64,000 nt of DNA, taken from NCBI GenBank assembly GCA_017447445.1, contig JAFSNK010000035.1, positions 29,781 through 93,780 on the forward strand, read 5' to 3'. The notes beneath the pieces are model-generated. The model searched no databases. It saw only the letters and a program-made list of their open reading frames with translations, and had not been told where the DNA came from. Shown in pieces: positions 43,740 to 52,661 of this stretch. How positions within the stretch are numbered: the stretch's first letter is position 1; every line of letters starts with the position of its first letter. Source of the stretch: Clostridia bacterium (GTDB lineage: Bacteria; Bacillota; Clostridia; Oscillospirales; CAG-382). The position numbers and the translations under genes were made by a program.

Positions 43740-44233
43740 AGGAACTCCCGCGCGGAGCCGGGGCTTACGCGCAGATTCCGCTTCGGCACGATTATCGCGG
43801 TGCGTTTGTCTATATATATAATGAAGTGTCCTTTCGTTTCGTACACGCGTTCGAGCTCTTCGTACAGCACGTCGGTATATTCGCTGTCCGATCCCTTGTC
43901 GTACAGCAGCTCGAAAACAAAGCCGTTTTTCCCGAAAAGGACGTGCTGCGTCCCGCGCGCCGCCTTTTCGTTTTTCGCCATTACGTTCCTTACGGTGGTC
44001 TTTATCATATAAGCGAGCATCCCGGCGCAGAGCAGCAGTATCCCCGCGCAGATGAGCGCTTCTTTGTTTTTTCGGGCAACGCCGACCAGCGCGAGCGCGA
44101 TAACGCCCGCGGTGAGCGCGAGCGCGGCGAGCAGAGCGTACACGCGGTGGTATTTGCCTTTCAGCATACCGAACCGCACGAACGCGGCGTAATCGTTTTT
44201 ATTCAGTTTTCCGAACGATTCAAAGGGTTTCAT
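43700..44233 (-). CDS. YcxB-like membrane protein
   Basis: Two central TM helices followed by the YcxB-like C-terminal domain (GHFIIYIDKRTAIIVPKR). Its 3' end overlaps trmK by 40 nt. Confidence 0.6.
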   Translation of the reverse strand: MKPFESFGKLNKNDYAAFVRFGMLKGKYHRVYALLAALALTAGVIALALVGVARKNKEALICAGILLLCAGMLAYMIKTTVRNVMAKNEKAARGTQHVLFGKNGFVFELLYDKGSDSEYTDVLYEELERVYETKGHFIIYIDKRTAIIVPKRNLRVSPGSAREFLQKFIPDKFVICV

Positions 44234-44234
44234 A

Positions 44235-45449
44235 TTACTTGACCTTTATGAGGCGGTCCATAACGTCGCCGCCTTCCGGCAGCACGACGCCGCCTGTCCT
44301 TACCGAGAATTCGTCGTAGGTATCCGCCCCGGAGCGCTTTTCGGCGCCGGAATCGTAGATCGCGTAAGGGACCGCTTCGCGGGTGTGGGTGCGGACCTCG
44401 ACGGGAGTCGGGTGGTCCGGCATAAGCAGTATGCGAAAACGTTCGCCGCGGGCGCGGAGCGTTTCCGTTAGGCCGCCGAGGATGTATTTATCTATGTTTT
44501 CGATCGATTTGATCTTGTCGGCGGGGTTGCCCTGGTGACCGCATTCGTCCGGCGCCTCGACGTGTATATACACCAGGTCGGCGCCGTTTTCCAGCTCCGC
44601 GAGAGCCGCGTCGCGCTTTGCGGCGTAATCGGTGTTCAGCGCTCCGGTGGCGCCCGGGACCTTCGGAACGTTCATCCCCGCGCAGAAGCCGATGCCTTTT
44701 ATGAGGTCGACGGCGCAGACGACGGACGCTTTCAGCCCGGTGCGTTCGTAAAACGACGGCAGCGAGGGCTTTTTCCCGGGGCTCCACAGCCAAAGCGAGT
44801 TCGCCGGGCGTTTGCCTTCGGATACGCGCTTTTTGTTAAGCGGATGTTCGCTCAAAAACTCGTAAGATTCGCTCATAAGCCGCAGGAATACCGCGCCGTT
44901 TTCGCCGTAGGGCAGATATTCGCCTATGCGTTTTCCGATTATGTCGTGCGGGCGGGAGAAATCGGTGAACTCCGGGCAATCGCGCCAAATAAGGCAGTGG
45001 CGGTAGCTTACGCCGGTATGGAACGCGCGGTATTCGTTCCCGAACTTTTCCTGCAGCGCTTCGATAAGCACGCGCGCTTCTTCGGTTGAGATCTCGCCGG
45101 AGGAATGGTCGACCATAACGAGGCCGGCGTATTCCCCTTTTCCGCCGAGCGTGACGAGGTTCGCGCGGATAGCCGTCTCGTCGTCGCGCATTTTAATACC
45201 CATACTCGCCGCTTCGAGCGGAGAACGCCCTTTGGAATAAACGCGCGGGTCGTAGCCCATCACCGAAAGGTTCGCGGTGTCGCTTTCCGGCACCATCCCT
45301 TCGGGAACGGTGTTCACCAGACCGACTTCCCCGTGCGAAGCGATATAATCCATATTCGGTTTGAAGGCGCACTGCAGCGGAGTTTTGCCGCCCAGCGCGG
45401 GGACCGGGTGGTCCGCCATCCCGTCGCCGAGCATAACTATATATTTCAT
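44235..45449 (-). CDS. apgM: Cofactor-independent phosphoglycerate mutase, ApgM type (family also proposed as homoserine kinase)
   Basis: Starts MKYIVMLGDGMADHPVPALGGKTPL and has a metalloenzyme motif EAPDECGHQG. Trimmed from the 441-aa ORF to Met38. Confidence 0.8.
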   Translation of the reverse strand: MKYIVMLGDGMADHPVPALGGKTPLQCAFKPNMDYIASHGEVGLVNTVPEGMVPESDTANLSVMGYDPRVYSKGRSPLEAASMGIKMRDDETAIRANLVTLGGKGEYAGLVMVDHSSGEISTEEARVLIEALQEKFGNEYRAFHTGVSYRHCLIWRDCPEFTDFSRPHDIIGKRIGEYLPYGENGAVFLRLMSESYEFLSEHPLNKKRVSEGKRPANSLWLWSPGKKPSLPSFYERTGLKASVVCAVDLIKGIGFCAGMNVPKVPGATGALNTDYAAKRDAALAELENGADLVYIHVEAPDECGHQGNPADKIKSIENIDKYILGGLTETLRARGERFRILLMPDHPTPVEVRTHTREAVPYAIYDSGAEKRSGADTYDEFSVRTGGVVLPEGGDVMDRLIKVK

Positions 45450-45553
45450 CGTCCGTTCTTCCCTTTTCTTATTCTGCAGTACAGTATAACAAAACGCACA
45501 GATAAAATCAACGGTTATCGGAAATAATTTTGCATTCTGTCTTTCTTTTCCGG

Positions 45554-45582
45554 TTGACAAACGGCGAAAGCGCCTTTATAAT
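45554..45582 (+). promoter_or_regulatory. sigma-A promoter (TTGACA-17-TATAAT) of the SLOG gene
   Basis: Exact consensus hexamers with a 17-nt spacer, 31 nt upstream of the ATG at 45614. Confidence 0.6.
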
Positions 45583-45613
45583 ATTAAATAATATGTAGCA
45601 AGGATGTTTTCGG

Positions 45614-45943
45614 ATGAAAGTAGCAGTTGTCGGTTCGCGCTCCATTACCAACGCGGAGATCGACCGTCTTATACCGCCCGACGCCACGCTTATAGTTTCC
45701 GGCGGAGCCGCGGGGGTGGATACGCTCGCGGAGAGGATCGCCGACCGGCGCGGGATAAGGAAAATGATAATATACCCCGATTACGAGCTTTACGGCAAAA
45801 GCGCGCCGCTGATACGCGACAAGCTTATCGTTGAAAACTCGGATATGCTGATCGCGGTTTGGGACGGCGAATCCACCGGGACCGAATTCACGATCTCCTA
45901 TGCGAAGCGGCGCGGCATACCGGTGGAGATATACATCGTATAG
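45614..45943 (+). CDS. SLOG-fold protein, DUF2493/YspA-like
   Basis: KVAVVGSRS...IVSGGAAGVDTLAERIA...AVWDGESTGT pattern typical of DUF2493. Confidence 0.65.
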   Translation: MKVAVVGSRSITNAEIDRLIPPDATLIVSGGAAGVDTLAERIADRRGIRKMIIYPDYELYGKSAPLIRDKLIVENSDMLIAVWDGESTGTEFTISYAKRRGIPVEIYIV

Positions 45944-46038
45944 CGTCCGCGCGGGCGGGGAAAAGCGCGCGGCGCGAGTAAATTTTTTCCGCGGTTTACA
46001 TATTTTTCCCGGTTTAAGTGCGTTTTGCACAAAACAGT

Positions 46039-46081
46039 TATTTTTGAAATAGGTATTTTTGACAAAAAAGGTTCAAAAATA
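46039..46081 (+). promoter_or_regulatory. Three copies of the 9-mer TATTTTTGA (two direct, one inverted) just upstream of the -35 box
   Basis: TATTTTTGA at 46039-46047 and 46054-46062, and TCAAAAATA at 46073-46081. The last two form a 9-bp inverted repeat with a 10-nt spacer. Confidence 0.5.
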
Positions 46082-46094
46082 GTAAAGTTTACAC

Positions 46095-46123
46095 TTGACA
46101 AATTGATTTCGTGCGTATATAAT
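46095..46123 (+). promoter_or_regulatory. sigma-A promoter of the sortase operon (TTGACA-17-TATAAT)
   Basis: Exact consensus hexamers with a 17-nt spacer. Confidence 0.65.
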
Positions 46124-46182
46124 AAGATTATCAATAATATCATCATTCCGGCATTTGCCGGGCAAAAGCAAAGGAGAACATC

Positions 46183-46698
46183 ATGAAAAAAACTCTTATC
46201 GCTGTTATTTCAGCTATCGTTCTTGTTGCGGTCCTCGCCATTGCGGTTTCCGCCGCCGGCATTTCCGCCAACGAACAGAAGCTTCTCGACAAATTCAAAG
46301 CCGGCGTCACCCTTGAAGACGGCACCGTAGTTACTCCTCCCGCCGTTTACATCACCCAGGCGGAACAGCAGCTCGCCAAAGACGACTTCACCGACGCAGA
46401 GCTTGCCAAGCTTGAGAAAGCTATGGACGAAATCTTCGCCATAATCAAGGCGGAGGACCTCCACAGCGGCAGAGAAGTTAAAGCTTCCGCCAAGTACAAC
46501 GAAATGGTCCAGATCGCCGAGAAGGCATTCGACGAGATCGGCTACACCGTCACCCCCGGTGATGAAGTCAACGGCGCGAACATCGTTAAGAAGACCGGCG
46601 TCGATATGACCGCCACCATCGTTGCCGTCGTCGCGCTCGTTTCGGTACTCGCTCTCAGCGCTGCCGTTATCGCGAAGAAGAGACTGCTCGTCAAATAA
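46183..46698 (+). CDS. Small secreted protein with a C-terminal sorting-signal-like tail (candidate sortase substrate)
   Basis: Signal peptide MKKTLIAVISAIVLVAVLAIAVSAA. C-terminus IVKKTG-VDMTATIVAVVALVSVLALSAAVIA-KKRLLVK (motif, hydrophobic stretch, basic tail). Confidence 0.65.
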   Translation: MKKTLIAVISAIVLVAVLAIAVSAAGISANEQKLLDKFKAGVTLEDGTVVTPPAVYITQAEQQLAKDDFTDAELAKLEKAMDEIFAIIKAEDLHSGREVKASAKYNEMVQIAEKAFDEIGYTVTPGDEVNGANIVKKTGVDMTATIVAVVALVSVLALSAAVIAKKRLLVK

Positions 46699-46710
46699 CA
46701 TCGCTTATTA

Positions 46711-47433
46711 ATGAAAAGCTTAAAAGCTCTGAAATTACCGGCATATTTTATTGTGCCGGTAATTTTTGGTATATTGGGTTATCTGGTGCTGCGGGTGGCG
46801 TTTGCGCCTATGATAAACCTCGCGTCCGCATACGCCTCGCTGGTGATCGCGGACGAAGCGCCGAACTTTAACGGCGAGCTTAAAAAAATATACGATCCGG
46901 ACGCGCCGAAATACGCCGATACCGTTTCGAAAGACGACGTATCCGGCACGGAGCAAAGCGGAACGGAGCTGAAATACATCCCGATGAACGCGGTGCATTT
47001 CCCGGAATCCGGCGAACAGTACGGCAACGTTTCCTGCGAGAAGCTCGGGCTGAACGCGCCCGTCTACTGGGGCGACACCGGAGCGATACTTCGTATGGGC
47101 GCCGGGCAATCGAAATACACCTTCCCTCCCGGATTCGGCAGGACGATAATACTGAGCGCGCACAACATTTCGTTTTTCAATCCGCTTAAAAACGCGGAGG
47201 TCGGCGACGTTATTAAGTTCGACACGAACTACGAGACCTACGAATACCGCATCGTAAAAGCCGAAGTCGCGAAGGCGGCGGATCTTGAAATCGAGTTCAA
47301 CGATATGCTGCTTACCGAAAAAGAAACGCTCGTGATGTATACCTGCTATCCCTTCGACGCGGTCGTAGCCGTGCCCGACAGGTTCGTGGTATATTGCGAA
47401 AAGATAAGCGGGCTGGACGTTAAATGGAGGTAG
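46711..47433 (+). CDS. Sortase family transpeptidase
   Basis: N-terminal TM. Catalytic triad contexts: ILSAHN (His), TLVMYTCYPF (Cys), VPDRFVVY (Arg). Confidence 0.75.
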   Translation: MKSLKALKLPAYFIVPVIFGILGYLVLRVAFAPMINLASAYASLVIADEAPNFNGELKKIYDPDAPKYADTVSKDDVSGTEQSGTELKYIPMNAVHFPESGEQYGNVSCEKLGLNAPVYWGDTGAILRMGAGQSKYTFPPGFGRTIILSAHNISFFNPLKNAEVGDVIKFDTNYETYEYRIVKAEVAKAADLEIEFNDMLLTEKETLVMYTCYPFDAVVAVPDRFVVYCEKISGLDVKWR

Positions 47434-47435
47434 GA

Positions 47436-48320
47436 ATGGCTGAAAACGAAGAAAAAAGAGCCGGAAAGCCGCTTAAGATCGCGGATTCCAGATACCGCAA
47501 GGTCGTTGCCTATCTGCTTTCCTTCGTACTTTCGCTGTTCCTGCTGCTGGCGACTGTCTGCGCGGTCGCATTTATGAACGCGCTGTCGGAGCGTCACATA
47601 ATAAACACGCTCGGGGACGAATACTACGAAGGCGTTCTTAACACGGTGGTCGCCGCCGCGGAGGATATCACCATGCCGACGGGGATCGACATTTCGGTGG
47701 TGAAAGGCGTGTTCGAGCTTGAAAACGTGAAGCGCGACGTGAACGGGTATATTTCCGCCGCGTTCAGCGGCAAGGAATACGTTCCGGACAACGAGGACGC
47801 GGACAACCGTCTGTATATCAACGTTTCGGAGTTTCTGGACAGCCACGACGTAACGCTGGTCGCCGACAAGAAAGAGACGATTCGCGCTTATATCGAGGAA
47901 GTGAACAGCGAATACGCGCAGTATACGAAGCTCCCGGGGCTCGGGATCGTTTCGAAGTACCGCGCGAAGTACCTTAAAATAGCGCTTATAGCGTTCATCG
48001 TGCTCGCCGGGGCGTCGGTAATAATCGGCGCGGTCATTATTAAAATGTACCGCCATCCGCACCGAGGAATGCGCTTTATCGCCTATGCTTTGGGCGGGAC
48101 GGCGCTGATGTCGCTCGTGGCGCCGCTGGTCCTGCTGATCTCGGGCAAATACAAGGGGCTCAACCTTACGCCGGAGCATTTTTACAGGTTCGCTATAAGG
48201 TATATCGACAGCGTGCTTTACAGCTTTATCGCCGCTGCGGCGATCTGGCTGGCGCTTACCGCGGGGTGCGTCACGGCGATACATTTTATGCGAAAAAAAT
48301 TGCTTGACAAGTCGAAATAA
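47436..48320 (+). CDS. Polytopic membrane protein of unknown function (third gene of the sortase operon)
   Basis: GGAGG 6 nt before the ATG at 47436. One N-terminal TM, a ~150-aa extracytoplasmic segment, then three C-terminal TMs. Confidence 0.6.
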   Translation: MAENEEKRAGKPLKIADSRYRKVVAYLLSFVLSLFLLLATVCAVAFMNALSERHIINTLGDEYYEGVLNTVVAAAEDITMPTGIDISVVKGVFELENVKRDVNGYISAAFSGKEYVPDNEDADNRLYINVSEFLDSHDVTLVADKKETIRAYIEEVNSEYAQYTKLPGLGIVSKYRAKYLKIALIAFIVLAGASVIIGAVIIKMYRHPHRGMRFIAYALGGTALMSLVAPLVLLISGKYKGLNLTPEHFYRFAIRYIDSVLYSFIAAAAIWLALTAGCVTAIHFMRKKLLDKSK

Positions 48321-48329
48321 CGCAAAATA

Positions 48330-48376
48330 AAGACGCTTTTGCCGAACTATACAGCGAACGGCAAAAGCGTTTTTTC
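48330..48376. terminator. Bidirectional terminator between the sortase operon and asnB
   Basis: ACGCTTTTGCCG / CGGCAAAAGCGT 12-bp stem with a T-run on the right and an A-rich tract on the left. Confidence 0.8.
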
Positions 48377-48390
48377 GTTTGTATGTTTTT

Positions 48391-50265
48391 TTAAGGTTCC
48401 TGCGGCATCTCGGTCCGCGCCGGGTCCGCGCTGCCGAAATACACGCCGTACCACACAAGGAAGGTGTAAAGAGTCCATATCTTGCGGGAATTATCGGCGG
48501 CGCCCCTGCGGTGCTCGTCCAGCAGGGCGACGAGCTTTTCGGTGTCGAACAGCTTTTCCGCCGCCTCGGAGGTGAACGCTTCGCGCACTTTGCCGTAGTA
48601 TTCGTCCTGCTTCAGCCAGACTCTTATCGGCACCGGGAAGCCGAGTTTGCGGCGCTCCGCGTCTTCCGGCGGGAGCACGCGCTTTGCGGCGGCGCGCAGC
48701 GCGATCTTCGATTTGCGCGACGACGTGCGGTATTTCGTGGGTATCTTCGAAGCGGTCAACATAACTTCTTTATCCAGGAACGGCACGCGAAGCTCCAGCG
48801 AGCTCGCCATACTCATTTTATCGGCTTTGAGCAGAATATCGCCGGGAAGCCAGAAGTTGAGGTCGACGTACTGCATTTTGGTAACGTCGTCTTTTCCAGC
48901 GGCGTGTTCGTATACGGGGCGGCAGAGCTCGCTCGGCTCCTTCCCCTCTCCGCGCACGCGCAGCAGCGATTCGCGCTCCTCTTTTGTGAATATGTTCGCG
49001 TTGCCGATAAAGCGCTGCTCGATATCCCTTCCGCGCCGCACGAAGAAGTTGAGCCCGCGTCTGATATGCAGTTTTTTGACCAGCTTCGCCATACCCGCGC
49101 GGAAGCCGCGGGGCAGTTTGCTGTACAGCTTGAAGAACTGCGGTTCTTTATATACGTTGTAGCCGCCGAAAAGCTCGTCCGAACCTTCGCCGGAAAGCAC
49201 GACCTTTACCTGCTTCGCGGCGTGGCGGCAGAGGAAGAACAGCGCTATCGCGGAGGAATCAGCCATCGGCTCGTCCATATGGTACTGCACCAGCGGGACG
49301 GCGCGCCAGAATTCGCCCGGAGTGATAAGGCGCGGATAGTTCGAAGTCCCTATAAACTTTGCGATATTCGCCGCCTTGCCTATTTCGTTATATCTGTCGG
49401 TACCGTCGATATCGAACCCCACGGTAAAGGTCTTCGGCACGCCGGAGACCGCGGCGGCATACGCCGAATCCACGCCGCCGGACAGGAAGGAGCCGACTTC
49501 GACGTCGCTTACCATATGCGCGTTGACCGAATCGGCGAACACGCCGGATATCTCGTCCGCCCAGCCCTTCAGCCCCTTGCCGGAGACCGGTTCGAACTCC
49601 GGCTGCCACCAGCGGGTTATTTCCAGTTTGCCGTCGCCGCGGCTGTATTTGAAGCAGTGCGCGGGCATCAGGCGGTAGACGCCTTTGAATATCGTCTCCG
49701 CGCCGGGGGCGTATTGGAACGAAAGGTAGTTTTCCAGGGCGGTCACGTTGAGCTCGCGGTGGAAATCCGGGTGCGGGAGGAAGCTTTTTATTTCGCTGCC
49801 GAACATAAAAGTTCCGTTGTGCTCGGCGTAATAGAACGGTTTTATGCCGAATCTGTCTCGCGCGGCGAACAGCGTTTTTTCGCCTTTGTTCCAGATGACG
49901 AAGGCGAACATCCCGCGAAGGCGCGGAAGCATTTCCCCGCCCCATTCCTCGTAACCGTGAAGCACTACCTCCGAATCGGTGTCGGTGGTGAAAACATGCC
50001 CGGCGGCGAGCAGCTCTTCCCTTAAAGCGCGGAAATTGTATATCTCGCCGTTGAACAGCAGAACGAGGTCCCCGCTTTCGTTGTAAAGCGGCTGGCTTCC
50101 GTGTTCGAGGTCGATAATGCTCAAACGGCGGAAGCCGAGCGCGATGTTATCGTCCAGATACCTGCCGGACGAATCCGGGCCGCGGTGGACGATCCGCGCG
50201 AGCATTTGATCGAGTATCTCGCCGGATATGTTGTTTTTGGAGCTGAAACCTACGAATCCGCACAT
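48391..50265 (-). CDS. asnB: Asparagine synthase (glutamine-hydrolysing)
   Basis: N-terminal MCGF (Ntn Cys2) and the PP-loop SGGVDS. 624 aa. Confidence 0.9.
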   Translation of the reverse strand: MCGFVGFSSKNNISGEILDQMLARIVHRGPDSSGRYLDDNIALGFRRLSIIDLEHGSQPLYNESGDLVLLFNGEIYNFRALREELLAAGHVFTTDTDSEVVLHGYEEWGGEMLPRLRGMFAFVIWNKGEKTLFAARDRFGIKPFYYAEHNGTFMFGSEIKSFLPHPDFHRELNVTALENYLSFQYAPGAETIFKGVYRLMPAHCFKYSRGDGKLEITRWWQPEFEPVSGKGLKGWADEISGVFADSVNAHMVSDVEVGSFLSGGVDSAYAAAVSGVPKTFTVGFDIDGTDRYNEIGKAANIAKFIGTSNYPRLITPGEFWRAVPLVQYHMDEPMADSSAIALFFLCRHAAKQVKVVLSGEGSDELFGGYNVYKEPQFFKLYSKLPRGFRAGMAKLVKKLHIRRGLNFFVRRGRDIEQRFIGNANIFTKEERESLLRVRGEGKEPSELCRPVYEHAAGKDDVTKMQYVDLNFWLPGDILLKADKMSMASSLELRVPFLDKEVMLTASKIPTKYRTSSRKSKIALRAAAKRVLPPEDAERRKLGFPVPIRVWLKQDEYYGKVREAFTSEAAEKLFDTEKLVALLDEHRRGAADNSRKIWTLYTFLVWYGVYFGSADPARTEMPQEP

Positions 50266-50420
50266 AACTTACCTTTTAAAAAAAAATTTTATCCTTGGTA
50301 TTTTATCACATTATTTCCGTCTTTGCAATAGCAAATCTATTTTTTGCAAATCTGTTGTATTTGTTTCAAAAACGGTGTATAATCAAGCTGTAATTATAAT
50401 TATTATTATGGAGGCGGAAC

Positions 50421-52166
50421 ATGAACATCGGCGCCGCAGGAAAGGCGATAGGCCTGATATTCAATATGCTCGACGCGACTAAGCCCACCAAAGCTCTCAT
50501 CCCGTTCGCGCCGCAGAAGCCGGAATTCGCTTTGTCGGAAGCAAAGTATTTTAAGCGCGCCACGCCCGAGGAATGCGGGATAAGCAGCGAAGCGGTGTGC
50601 GAATACGTTCGCGCTCTGGCGAAGGATCCTTCGGTCGGGCTGCAGACGATAATGCTGCTGCGCGGCGACCGGGTGTTCTTCGAAGCCGCGGCGGGCGACG
50701 ATTCGCTTTCGCTGCACAAAAGCACGTTTTCGGAATGCAAAAGCATCGTTTCGCTCGCAATAGGCAAACTTTATACCGACGGGATGCTGGATCTTGACGA
50801 AAAGCTCGCGGATATATTTCCGCAGAAGGCGGGCGCGATGTCTTTGATGCGCCTTAAAAACGTTACCGTGCGGCATCTGCTTACCATGACCGCGGCGGTG
50901 GAGTTCAACGAGCTGGAAGCGGCGGTCAGCACCGACTGGATAAAGGGGTTTATGCGGTCCTCGTTCGTGGGGGACCCGGGAAAGACCTTTTTCTACAACA
51001 GTCTGAACACCTATATGCTCGCCGCGGTTGTAAAAGAAAAGGCGGGCAAGCCGTTTACCGAATACCTCGACGAAACGGTGTTCGGCGAGCTCGGGATAAC
51101 CGATTATTACTGGGAGACCTGCCCGGCGGGCAACGCCAAGGGCGGCTGGGGACTTTATATACTGCCGGAGGACGCGGCGAAGCTCGGCGTTCTCGTATAC
51201 AACGGCGGCGTATGGAACGGCAAACGGATAATTTCGGAGGAATATATTGCGAAAGCGACCTCCGCGCAGGCGATCGCGCCGAAGAGCTGCGGCGATTACA
51301 ATTACGGGTTCCAGTTCTGGTGCGGGCGCACGGTGAACAGCTTTTTGATGAACGGGATGCTTGGGCAGAACCTGCTTTGCTACCGCGACAGCGGCGTGAT
51401 CATCGCGGCGAACTGCTCCAACGGCGACAATTATCAGCAGAACGCGTTCTTTAAGATAACCGCGAAGCATATGAACAAGAGCTTCCCCGATACGCTTCCG
51501 CCGGACAGAAAAGGCGCGAAGGCGACGGAACGGCTCAAGCGCGAGCTTAAAGAGGGATATCCGCCCGAAAAGATATGGACCACCGGGGCGAAGGCGCCGG
51601 AATATGCCGGGTGTCTGCGCCTGCTCGCGGGGAGAAGGTTCCGCGCCGCCGGAGCGACCGCGGCTTCCGCCGGGTTCGAGCCGATGTTTATGCAGATGGT
51701 GCAGAACAATTACGTGAAAGGGCTTAAGGAGATCGGGTTCGAGGACAGAAGCGGCGTGCTTTACGTTATCTTCCGCGAAGCGGAGGACGTTTTCGAGATA
51801 CCCGCGCCGGAAAACGCCGCCGGGACGACCGTGGCGCGCTTTTGCGGGGAGCCGTTTTACGTGAATTCGCGCGGGAGCTTTTCCGAGACCGAGGACGGCA
51901 TACCGGTGTTCACGCTGAAATGCGAATTCCCGGAAACGCCATACAAGCGCGTATACAAATTCCTTTTCGGTTCCGAAACGCGCCTGCTGATGACCGAAAC
52001 GCCCGGCGTTTCCTACGCGAAGGTGGTGCCTCAGCTTATGCGCACGATGGCGGAATACAATCAGCTCGCGGGGAGCGTGCTTTCGAAGATCGACGACGAG
52101 CACATCACCGCGCTTACCGAATACGCCTTCGAACCGAAAATAACGCTTAAAGAAATAAAAGAATAG
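50421..52166 (+). CDS. Beta-lactamase-family serine hydrolase (class C / esterase-like)
   Basis: SxxK motif in FSECKSIVSLAIG. 581 aa. GGAGG RBS. Confidence 0.7.
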   Translation: MNIGAAGKAIGLIFNMLDATKPTKALIPFAPQKPEFALSEAKYFKRATPEECGISSEAVCEYVRALAKDPSVGLQTIMLLRGDRVFFEAAAGDDSLSLHKSTFSECKSIVSLAIGKLYTDGMLDLDEKLADIFPQKAGAMSLMRLKNVTVRHLLTMTAAVEFNELEAAVSTDWIKGFMRSSFVGDPGKTFFYNSLNTYMLAAVVKEKAGKPFTEYLDETVFGELGITDYYWETCPAGNAKGGWGLYILPEDAAKLGVLVYNGGVWNGKRIISEEYIAKATSAQAIAPKSCGDYNYGFQFWCGRTVNSFLMNGMLGQNLLCYRDSGVIIAANCSNGDNYQQNAFFKITAKHMNKSFPDTLPPDRKGAKATERLKRELKEGYPPEKIWTTGAKAPEYAGCLRLLAGRRFRAAGATAASAGFEPMFMQMVQNNYVKGLKEIGFEDRSGVLYVIFREAEDVFEIPAPENAAGTTVARFCGEPFYVNSRGSFSETEDGIPVFTLKCEFPETPYKRVYKFLFGSETRLLMTETPGVSYAKVVPQLMRTMAEYNQLAGSVLSKIDDEHITALTEYAFEPKITLKEIKE

Positions 52167-52179
52167 CTCTTTTCCCCCC

Positions 52180-52207
52180 GACCGGACGGCAGTCCGGTCT
52201 TTTTTTG
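52180..52207 (+). terminator. Rho-independent terminator
   Basis: GACCGGAC-ggca-GTCCGGTC followed by TTTTTTTT. Confidence 0.8.
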
Positions 52208-52248
52208 CAAAAAAACGCTTCTCTTCCCCGCTTTTTTTCAAAAACCCC

Positions 52249-52296
52249 TTGACAAGCACGAATGAACGGTATATCATATGAACAATGATTCATATG
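52249..52296 (+). promoter_or_regulatory. Promoter (TTGACA-17-TATCAT) overlapped by an ArsR/SmtB-type operator palindrome
   Basis: CATATGAAcaatgaTTCATATG (52275-52296) contains the TGAACA-N2-GATTCA core typical of SmtB/CadC operators and overlaps the -10 and start-site region. Confidence 0.6.
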
Positions 52297-52310
52297 TATG
52301 GAGGTTCATT

Positions 52311-52661
52311 ATGGAAAAACGCCACGACCACGCCGAAGCGATAAAGCTTGCGCGGGAGAATATGCCGAAGGACGAGCTTTTGTGCGATCTGGGAGACCTT
52401 TTTAAGATATTCGGCGACACGACGCGGATAAAGATACTTTATCTTCTGTTCGAATCGGAACTTTGCGTGTTGGATATGACCGAGCTTCTGGGAATGGAGC
52501 AGTCCGCCGTTTCGCACCAGCTTAAGATACTTAAGGACGCAAAGCTTATCGCAAGCCGGCGCGAAGGAAAAATGAACGTGTATTTCCTTTCCGACGACCA
52601 CGTCCGCTCGATAATCGGGCAGGGATTCGAACATCTTACGGAAGAAGGCGAACGCGAATGA
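52311..52661 (+). CDS. ArsR/SmtB family metal-responsive transcriptional repressor
   Basis: ELCVLDM (alpha3 metal-site region) and the recognition helix QSAVSHQLKILK. GGAGG RBS. 4-nt overlap with the ATPase gene. Confidence 0.85.
   Translation: MEKRHDHAEAIKLARENMPKDELLCDLGDLFKIFGDTTRIKILYLLFESELCVLDMTELLGMEQSAVSHQLKILKDAKLIASRREGKMNVYFLSDDHVRSIIGQGFEHLTEEGERE

Noticed and set aside
50266-50420. Repeated AGATTTGC / TTGCAA motifs upstream of asnB as a regulatory element or T-box
   Set aside because: Too short and AT-rich to separate from chance. No T-box specifier or terminator architecture is present.
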